DNA of 64,000 nt, from assembly GCA_965205015.1 (NCBI GenBank), contig OZ242029.1, forward strand, positions 3,552,001-3,616,000, given 5' to 3'. The first letter of the stretch is position 1. The number at the start of each line of letters is the position of its first letter. Origin of the DNA: Candidatus Poribacteria bacterium (GTDB lineage Bacteria; Poribacteria; WGA-4E; WGA-3G). The notes beneath the pieces were generated by a model. It saw only the letters and a list, made by a program, of their open reading frames with translations, had not been told where the DNA came from and ran no database searches. Below, in pieces: positions 56,861 through 64,000 of the stretch. The translations under genes were made by a program, and so were the position numbers.

Positions 56861-58702
56861 CTACTGATACCAGCGTGCCTGTGCTCTGAAGAATTGGGCG
56901 TAACGTCCATTGTTCGCGAGGAGTGCGTCATGTGTGCCATCTTCAACGATACGACCGGCGTCTAATACCAAAATACGGTCTGCGAGACGGGCGGATCCGA
57001 TCCGGTGTGAGATCAGGAACGTCATCCGTCCGGATGCGAGTTCAACAAACTGTTGGTAAAGTTCGACTTCGGCTTGTGGGTCTAAGGCGGCGGTCGGTTC
57101 ATCGAGGACGAGGACTTGTGGGTTTCGGACCAAAGCCCGTGCGAGTGCGACCTTTTGCCATTCTCCGCCAGATAACTCGACACCTTCACCCTCTTCACCA
57201 AGCGACGGATCGAGAAATGTATCCAAGCCGCGGGGAAGGGTTTGGAAACGCTCTTGAAGTCCGACGGCATTGATAACGTCCCAGAGCGTTTCGTCATTAA
57301 TTTCGTAGTTTGATGGACCTGGCACCAATTCCTCGCGCACCGGTCGACGGAACCGCGCAAAATCCTGAAAGACGGCGGCACAGTTAAGTGCGATCTGTTC
57401 GGGTTCAATTGACTTCACGTTCATGCCGTCATAGCGGATCGTTCCATCACCAGGTTGATAGAGACCGAGCAGCAATTTTATGAGGGTTGACTTTCCTGCA
57501 CCGTTGACGCCGACGATACTGATGACCTCCCCGGGACGCACATGAAAGTTTATGTCTTGTAGCACGTCCTCGGTTGCCTCTGGGTACCGGAAGCGGAGGT
57601 TTCGGACCTCTAATCCCTCTTGTAGGGGTTGTGGAAATCGTTGTGTCCCAGCTTGACTCTGATCCCTTTTGGCCCGTTCTAAGAAAAAGTGTAAATCTTG
57701 AAGCAACGGTAGATCTTCAAAGACATCTTGTATAGCACTCAGCAGACTCTCAAGATTCGCCTGAAAAGTCCCTGCTGCACCGATGAGAACGACATAATCT
57801 CCAAGCGTGAGTTCGTCATTTACGATCCGCTCCGCAAGTATGAAAATAGCGACTGCATAGGCAAGCACTTCAGCGAGCGTCGTGCCGATAGAGCCTTTTG
57901 CTTGGAGCCAGACTTTCGCAAGCGACTCTTCCCGCCACTTTTGATGGTTCGTTCGCCAGCGTCCAAAAATCGGCTTGAAAAGACCATAGAGTCGGACCTC
58001 CTGTCCGGACGATGAACCGAGCAATAAGCTGAGCATATACGCCATCATACGACGGACGGGTGTGGCATCATAATCGTGGATGTATCCGCTTTGGGCAGTC
58101 TTAATTTTCAGCCACGCCGACGGGAGTGCGGGTAAGACGACCACAAGTACAAGCAGCGGATCTGCGATCCAGAGGAGGACCCCGTATCCGACGAGGGTTA
58201 CGCAGAGTTGTCCGATCTCGGTTAGAAATCTTAGGAGATTGGTGAGTCGATGATCCAGTGCCTGGCGTGCCCGTTGTATCAAATCGTAGATCTGCGGTTG
58301 ATCGAAAACGTCAAAATCGATGTGCGTCGCGGCTTCAATCAAAGCGCGCTGCTGGTGCAGTCTAATGAAGTTCTGCATCTTCCATCGCAAGTAGTTATCA
58401 TACGTGCCTGTTACATTTCTGAGAATCGCCAGAAGGACCAATGCAATCACCCAAGGTGCGGCGGTCTGTAGGTCGGCTTCTGCTTCGTCGGCGAGAATCG
58501 CGGCGATGAGGTTCACGAGCCCTCGACTCGCCCACAGGATTCCGACAGGGATACCCCCGTATATGAGCGTGATGAATGCCTGTGCGATGGCACCGAACGG
58601 GCTGACGTGCCACGCGACGAAGCAGAAGCGGCGGAGCGTCTTTAGTGCCGATGGACGCGATGCTGATTCTGTGTTGGGAATGTGAGAGTTATCTGGACCC
58701 AT
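56861..58702 (-). CDS. ABC exporter, fused TMD + NBD (probable heterodimer partner of 54896-56695)
   Basis: GVNGAGKS, LSGGEWQK, LDEPTAALD; paralogous C-terminus QARWY. Confidence 0.93.
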   Translation of the reverse strand: MGPDNSHIPNTESASRPSALKTLRRFCFVAWHVSPFGAIAQAFITLIYGGIPVGILWASRGLVNLIAAILADEAEADLQTAAPWVIALVLLAILRNVTGTYDNYLRWKMQNFIRLHQQRALIEAATHIDFDVFDQPQIYDLIQRARQALDHRLTNLLRFLTEIGQLCVTLVGYGVLLWIADPLLVLVVVLPALPSAWLKIKTAQSGYIHDYDATPVRRMMAYMLSLLLGSSSGQEVRLYGLFKPIFGRWRTNHQKWREESLAKVWLQAKGSIGTTLAEVLAYAVAIFILAERIVNDELTLGDYVVLIGAAGTFQANLESLLSAIQDVFEDLPLLQDLHFFLERAKRDQSQAGTQRFPQPLQEGLEVRNLRFRYPEATEDVLQDINFHVRPGEVISIVGVNGAGKSTLIKLLLGLYQPGDGTIRYDGMNVKSIEPEQIALNCAAVFQDFARFRRPVREELVPGPSNYEINDETLWDVINAVGLQERFQTLPRGLDTFLDPSLGEEGEGVELSGGEWQKVALARALVRNPQVLVLDEPTAALDPQAEVELYQQFVELASGRMTFLISHRIGSARLADRILVLDAGRIVEDGTHDALLANNGRYAQFFRAQARWYQ

Positions 58703-59264
58703 CTACGTTTTTTCCTTCGCTCTCATCCTCAGGCACTTGTATGAGGCGTAGGTTGCCGTCTAAAGCCTCGGCTCTTATTGTTCCCGTCAAGTTGTCAATG
58801 TGAATATCTCCAGAGGCGGCAGTTTTGAGCGTGATATTATACCGTCTCGGCACTGTCACGCGAACGTCAACCCTAAACCAATTCAATCCCTCTTGCCAAT
58901 GTTCTCGTCCCCGCTTAAACTTTCCCTCAACTCGAATATCTGATTGGGTATCTGAAGGTTCATCTTTAGTTGTGATCTCAAAATCTCCGGGCAATTCACG
59001 AATCCATTTGACAAACCCTGGTCGCAGTGCCCGAAAGTTTGCTTTCCATGCCTTTGTATAGGCGATGTCGATATGATCCTCGTCTGTGGTGTCTATATTA
59101 ATCACACCAAATTCCAGATCAACTGTTAAATGTCCAGTAGGATTAACGGTGAAACCTGAGCTATTCCTGTGTGAGTTTTCGATTTCTCCGATGAATAGGA
59201 CAAAGATCACCACTAATAGGAGAGGAAATACGAAAAAAGCGACTAATCGCTTAGATTTTGTCAT
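58689..59264 (-). CDS. Membrane-anchored DUF4097/adhesin-like protein (short)
   Basis: N-terminal TM; VRVTVPRRYNITLKTAASGDIHIDNLTG. Confidence 0.65.
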   Translation of the reverse strand: MTKSKRLVAFFVFPLLLVVIFVLFIGEIENSHRNSSGFTVNPTGHLTVDLEFGVINIDTTDEDHIDIAYTKAWKANFRALRPGFVKWIRELPGDFEITTKDEPSDTQSDIRVEGKFKRGREHWQEGLNWFRVDVRVTVPRRYNITLKTAASGDIHIDNLTGTIRAEALDGNLRLIQVPEDESEGKNVDGSR

Positions 59265-59489
59265 CTGCGGTTCCTTCTGTTGGTGTCGGATTCACTAATA
59301 ATGAACTTGTCTCGTAGTGCAAGCGTGTCTAACGTTTTGCTTTGGAAGTATTATAGAGTGTTTGACGTATTTTTCAAGAAAAAAGGCGTTTCCCTCCTCG
59401 AATAACAGGAGTTCAACGCCAAAGATTCTGCTGCAGGGTTGCCGATTTTCAGACGATGGGAGACTTTTGGTGGTGATACATCCATCGCA

Positions 59490-60929
59490 TCAGATATCGG
59501 AACGGAAGAATTTCAAAAACGCTACCGCCGTAAACGCTAAAGCGAAAAAACCGAGTAAGAACACATCCATTGTAGACCGACGCAATGTGTCCGATAAAGA
59601 AGGTTCTGTCAATGTTGGTGGTGGTAGTATTTCGTCTGTTTCGGATTCAGAAGCATTCATCCGAGCCGCTAACTGCATCACCAGTGCCATGGCATCGTCT
59701 GAAATCCCGCTGAAATACGCGTCATCGAGTTGATCATAGTACCGCTCCCCCGTTTGAAAGTAGGTGTCCCTTTTTAGTTTACCGGTTTGCGTTAGGTTTA
59801 TCGCAGAATAGATGAGAGAGGACGTTGGTGCGATCCGAGAGAGCATCTCGCCAACCTGCTCTTGCCGGTCCTTCTCACGCCGATAGTCCCTGTCAATTTT
59901 ATCTACTTGATCCCGGAACTCCAACCGGAACTGCTCGTTAATCGGCTTTCTGAGTTTATCCATTTTTTCTTGGAACGCTGCGTCGTCTGAGCGAATAAAG
60001 ACACCTTCGCGAGCCGCGAAAGCTTCAGTCATTTTTTCCCGAATTTTTTCATCCTTATCTTTACTCAGGTTGTTGTGGACTGCCGCTTTTTCCATATAAA
60101 CCGCCTGTTGTGTCCGGGTGGGTGCGACGAGTTTGGCGACGACAAACGCGCCGCGGGGCGCGATCAGCACCGTAAACACCCAAAACGTGAAAGCGACGAT
60201 CAGCGCAGTCTTGGCGTTATCAAGACACGTTGAGATGACCACGCCTATCGCAAAAAACACCGCAATATAGAGTAATGAGATAAGCGTCAGACCCAACACA
60301 GGCAGCGCAACTTTCAGTTCACCGAGCGGAAAGCCTTGCCAGACGAGCAGGAGTAACCCCAAGAGGAAAGACACTAAAAACGGAACGACGAACACAATGT
60401 ATCCACCGATTAACTTGCTCCACAGAAACACATCTCGGGGCAGGGAATTCGATAGGTTGATCCGAAGGGTTCCCGCCTCCCGTTCTCCTGCCACCGCATC
60501 AAATGTAAACAGAAGTGCGAGGAGACTGAAAACCGTCCCCACGATAAACAGGAAATCCAGATTTCCTAATACATACGCCACAGATGCCTGCGAAACCCCT
60601 GCTGACCCTTGCCGCACGCCGTTCCGCGTCATCCCAAGATAGGTCGGTAGTGCCTCCTCTAAACCGTTTGCGAAGACGCTTAGCGGCGTGGGCTTGAGGA
60701 AGAATTTAGAAACTTCTGTGTTTGGGTCTGGGGTGTTCGGTGGATTTTCTTTCGCTTCTGTCCGTTCGCGTTTCAGGGACTCTTGATAATCTGTTAAGTT
60801 CTGGCTATACCTCCGATAATTGATCGAAAGGGTGAGTGGAACGAGTAAAAGGCACATTAACAGAAGTGCCACAAACCGGACGCTCAAAATGTGGTGCATC
60901 ATCTCTTTTTGAATTAATGTCATTAGCAT
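59490..60929 (-). CDS. ABC-2-type permease, paralogue 1
   Basis: LIQKEM, DFLFIV...FDAVAGEREAGTLR, KLIG, FLKFFRSDI. Confidence 0.9.
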   Translation of the reverse strand: MLMTLIQKEMMHHILSVRFVALLLMCLLLVPLTLSINYRRYSQNLTDYQESLKRERTEAKENPPNTPDPNTEVSKFFLKPTPLSVFANGLEEALPTYLGMTRNGVRQGSAGVSQASVAYVLGNLDFLFIVGTVFSLLALLFTFDAVAGEREAGTLRINLSNSLPRDVFLWSKLIGGYIVFVVPFLVSFLLGLLLLVWQGFPLGELKVALPVLGLTLISLLYIAVFFAIGVVISTCLDNAKTALIVAFTFWVFTVLIAPRGAFVVAKLVAPTRTQQAVYMEKAAVHNNLSKDKDEKIREKMTEAFAAREGVFIRSDDAAFQEKMDKLRKPINEQFRLEFRDQVDKIDRDYRREKDRQEQVGEMLSRIAPTSSLIYSAINLTQTGKLKRDTYFQTGERYYDQLDDAYFSGISDDAMALVMQLAARMNASESETDEILPPPTLTEPSLSDTLRRSTMDVFLLGFFALAFTAVAFLKFFRSDI

Positions 60930-60986
60930 CGTAATTTCTCCTCTGTTTTTTTATTTGTTAACCGTTTGATCTTTTTGTAGATTCCG

Positions 60987-61079
60987 CAGGACTTGCGGGT
61001 TTTTCCATGATAACGGGTGTCCTACGCACTGCAGGCGGGGTTTGAAACCCCGCCTGCAAAGGAGGCTGCGTAAGTCCTG
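60987..61079. mobile_element. 93-bp MITE/REP-like element
   Basis: Ends CAGGACTTGCG / CGTAAGTCCTG (10 of 11 inverted match); internal tgcaggcggg-gtttgaaac-cccgcctgca palindrome. Confidence 0.6.
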
Positions 61080-62504
61080 TTAAATATCGGAACGGAAGAA
61101 CTTCAGGAACGCCACCGCCGTAAACGCTAAGGCGAAAAAGCCGAGTAAGAGGACATCCACTGCAGAGCGACGCAGCGTGTCCGACAAACCGGATTCCGTC
61201 AGGGATGGAGGCGGTGGGATTTCTTCTGATCCAGAAAGATTATTTGCCTGTCGATCCAATAGTTCTATGACCTGTGCCATTGCGTCGTCTGAGATTTCAC
61301 TGAAATATGAATCATCAAGTTGCTGGTAGTATCTCTCACCCGTTTGAAAGTAGAGGTCCCTTTTTAGTTTACCCGTTTGCGTTAAGTTTATCACAGAATA
61401 GATGAGAGAGGACGTTGGCACGAGCCGAGAGAACATTTCTCCAATGTGCTCTTGACGATCCTTTTCGCGTTGGTAGCCCTTGTCAATCTTGTTTGCCTGA
61501 TTCTGGAATTTGAGTCGAAATTCCTCGTTAATCGGTTTCCTAAGGTCGTCCAATTTCTTTCGCACCTCTGGTGTTGTCCCAAAACTCGTCCCCAGCGTTT
61601 CAACCATTTTTTTATTCACTATCTCTTGTTTCTCTTTCGTCAGGTTATTGCGAATTGTTGTTTTTTCCATATAAACCGCCTGCTGCGTTCGTGTGGGTGA
61701 GACGAGTTTCGCGACAGTAAACGCCCCTCGTGGTGCGATGAGCACCGCAAACACCCAAAATGTAAAAGCGACGATCAGCGCAGTCTTAGCGTTGTCGAGA
61801 TACGTTGAAATGACGACACCTATCGCAAAAAATACCGCAATATAGAGGAGCGAGACAAGTGTCAGACCGAACACTGGCAGAGCGATCTTCAGCTCACCGA
61901 GTGGAAAGCCTTGCCAGACGAGCAGGAGTAACCCCAAGAGGAAAGAGACTAAAAACGGAAGAACGAACACAATGTATCCACCGATTAGTTTGCTCCACAA
62001 AAACACATCTCGAGGAACGGGATTTGACAGGTTTATCCGAAGGGTGCCTGCTTCTCTCTCTCCTGCCACCGCATCAAATGTGAACAGAAGTGCGAGGAGA
62101 CTGAAAACCGTCCCCACAATAAACAGGAAATCCAGATTTCCTAATACATACGCGAGCGGTGCTTGCGCAAGTGCGGGTGAGCCCGTCCGAATGCCATTCC
62201 GCGTCATTCCCAGATGGGTCGGTAGTACTTCCTCTAAACCGTTTGCGAAGACGCTCAGCGGCGTGGGTTTGAGAAAAAGTTTGGAAACTTCTATGTTTGG
62301 GTTTTGGGCGTTCGGTGGATTTTCCTTTGTTTCTGTCCGTTCGCGTTTTAGGGACTCTTGATAATCTGTTAAGTTCTGGCTATACCTCCGATAATTGATC
62401 GAAAGGGTGAGTGGAACGAGTAAAAGGCACATTAGCAGAAGTGCCACAAACCGAACACTCAAAATGTGATGCATCATCTCTTTCTGAATCAATGTCATTA
62501 GCAT
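61080..62504 (-). CDS. ABC-2-type permease, paralogue 2
   Basis: N- and C-termini near-identical to paralogue 1. Confidence 0.9.
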   Translation of the reverse strand: MLMTLIQKEMMHHILSVRFVALLLMCLLLVPLTLSINYRRYSQNLTDYQESLKRERTETKENPPNAQNPNIEVSKLFLKPTPLSVFANGLEEVLPTHLGMTRNGIRTGSPALAQAPLAYVLGNLDFLFIVGTVFSLLALLFTFDAVAGEREAGTLRINLSNPVPRDVFLWSKLIGGYIVFVLPFLVSFLLGLLLLVWQGFPLGELKIALPVFGLTLVSLLYIAVFFAIGVVISTYLDNAKTALIVAFTFWVFAVLIAPRGAFTVAKLVSPTRTQQAVYMEKTTIRNNLTKEKQEIVNKKMVETLGTSFGTTPEVRKKLDDLRKPINEEFRLKFQNQANKIDKGYQREKDRQEHIGEMFSRLVPTSSLIYSVINLTQTGKLKRDLYFQTGERYYQQLDDSYFSEISDDAMAQVIELLDRQANNLSGSEEIPPPPSLTESGLSDTLRRSAVDVLLLGFFALAFTAVAFLKFFRSDI

Positions 62505-62526
62505 CGTAATTTCTCCTTTTTTATTC

Positions 62527-62638
62527 GTTGTCGGTTATCGGTTATCAGTTATGGGTTAAGGCGTGTGGTGGTTGTAAACGTTTGTAATACTCACACCCCC
62601 TCTTGTCCGAAAACCGAGAACCGAAGACCGATAACCGC
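62527..62638. repeat. Inverted heptamer-array element
   Basis: gttgtcggttatcggttatcagttatgg ... ccgaaaaccgagaaccgaagaccgataacc. Confidence 0.65.
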
Positions 62639-62643
62639 TTGCC

Positions 62644-64000
62644 TCAAATATCGGAACGGAAGAACTTCAGAAACGCTACCGCCGTAAACGCTACAGCGAA
62701 GAAACAGAGTAGAAGGACATCCACTGCTGAGCGACGCACTGTATCCGATAAAGAAGGCTCTGTCAGGGTTGGTGGTGGTGGGAGTTCCTCTGTTTCGGAT
62801 TCACCATTCAGCTGACTCCCCAATTGTAAGATCTGTGCCAACGCGTCGTCCGAAATTTGGCTGAAATACGCATCATCGAGTTGATCGTAGTACCGCTCCC
62901 CCGTTTGAAGGTAGGTGTCCCTCTTGAGTTTGCCGGTTTGTGTGAGGTTCATCGCGAAATAGGTGAGTGAGGCGGTGGGTGCGATCCGGGAAAGCATCTC
63001 GCCGACCTGTTCTTGCCGATCTTTTTCGCGTTGATAGTCCCTATCAATCTTGTCCGCTCGATTCTGGAACGCCTGTCGAAACTCTTCCTCAATCGGTCCT
63101 CTAAGTTTATCCAACCGTTTCTGCGTCTCTGGATCGCTTAGGTCTAGACCAATAGAACCCCCACTCTCGAAAGCCAGCGCCATTTTTTGCCAAATCTTCT
63201 CGTCCTTATCCTTCGTTAGGTTATTGTGAAGTGCGCTTTTTTCCATATAAACCGCTTGCTGTGTCCGGGTGGGTGCGACAAGTTTAGCGACGACGAATGC
63301 ACCGCGGGGTGCAATCAACACCGCAAATACCCAAAACGTAAAAGCGACAATCAGCGCAGTCTTAGCGTTGTCGAGATACGTTGAAATGACGACACCTATT
63401 GCAAAAAACACCGCAATATAGAGCAGCGAGACGAGCGTCAGACCCAACACAGGCAGCGCAACTTTCAGCTCACCAAGTGGAAAGCCTTGCCAGACGAGCA
63501 GGAGTAACCCCAAGAGGAAGGACACTAAAAACGGAATAACGAACACAATATATCCACCGATCAGCTTGCTCCACAAAAACACATCTCGGGGCAGGGGATT
63601 TGATAGGTTTATCCGAAGGGTGCCTGCCTCTTTCTCCCCCGCAACCGCATCACACGTAAACAGGAGTGCCAACAGACTGAAAACGATCCCGACGATAAAT
63701 AGGAAATCCAGGTTCCCGAGTGCATACGCCACGGATGCTTGCGAAACCCCTGCTGACCCTTGTCGCACACCATTCCGTGTCATCCCAAGATAGGTCGGCA
63801 GTGCCTCCTCTAAACCGCTCGCGAAGACGCTTAGCGGCGTGGGCTTGAGGAAGAATTTAGAAACTTCCGTGTTTGGGTCTGGGGTATTCGGAGGATTTTC
63901 TTTCGCTTCTGTCCGTTCGCGTTTTACCGCCTCTTGATAATCTGTTAAGTTCTGGCTATATCTCCGATAATTGATCGAGAGCGTGAGCGGGATGAGTAAA
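62644..64000 (-). CDS. ABC-2-type permease, paralogue 3 (5' end outside window)
   Basis: Frame stays open to the window edge (LIPLTLSINYRR at 63961-64000); track start at 63783 is an internal Met. Confidence 0.9.
   Translation of the reverse strand, partial: LLIPLTLSINYRRYSQNLTDYQEAVKRERTEAKENPPNTPDPNTEVSKFFLKPTPLSVFASGLEEALPTYLGMTRNGVRQGSAGVSQASVAYALGNLDFLFIVGIVFSLLALLFTCDAVAGEKEAGTLRINLSNPLPRDVFLWSKLIGGYIVFVIPFLVSFLLGLLLLVWQGFPLGELKVALPVLGLTLVSLLYIAVFFAIGVVISTYLDNAKTALIVAFTFWVFAVLIAPRGAFVVAKLVAPTRTQQAVYMEKSALHNNLTKDKDEKIWQKMALAFESGGSIGLDLSDPETQKRLDKLRGPIEEEFRQAFQNRADKIDRDYQREKDRQEQVGEMLSRIAPTASLTYFAMNLTQTGKLKRDTYLQTGERYYDQLDDAYFSQISDDALAQILQLGSQLNGESETEELPPPPTLTEPSLSDTVRRSAVDVLLLCFFAVAFTAVAFLKFFRSDI

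Noticed and set aside
62644-63783. Third permease as an N-terminally truncated pseudogene
   Set aside because: The reading frame continues to the window edge, so the short ORF is a window artefact.
59490-64000. Diversity-generating retroelement behind the permease variation
   Set aside because: No reverse transcriptase in the window; differences include indels and are not visibly adenine-specific.

Overview
Gene-dense bacterial chromosomal window. The content points, by inference, to Candidatus Poribacteria or a relative: a LamG protein ending in AVDPEGKLSTTWGYIK, four PhyH-family dioxygenases and a giant membrane-anchored ECF sigma factor. Housekeeping genes (acnA partial, dinG-like, degP-like, mqnD, ftsH-folP-acpS) are interspersed with accessory loci. 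I recognised no rRNA, tRNA, CRISPR array or transposase. The best candidate for an undescribed system is the co-oriented locus at 41.2-53.3 kb. It encodes an ECF-sigma/TM/beta-propeller fusion, two Omp85-like barrels each followed by a DUF4159 gene, and two TonB-like (SxxxH anchor plus Pro-rich linker) PA14 proteins. Other candidates are a betagamma-crystallin plus very long flotillin pair, a cyclase-STAND-TPR protein, a GcvH homologue lacking the lipoyl-lysine, an HxH-type PhyH enzyme, three mosaic ABC-2 permease paralogues and several small repeat or MITE families. All family calls come from motif recognition by eye and need HMM or structure confirmation.
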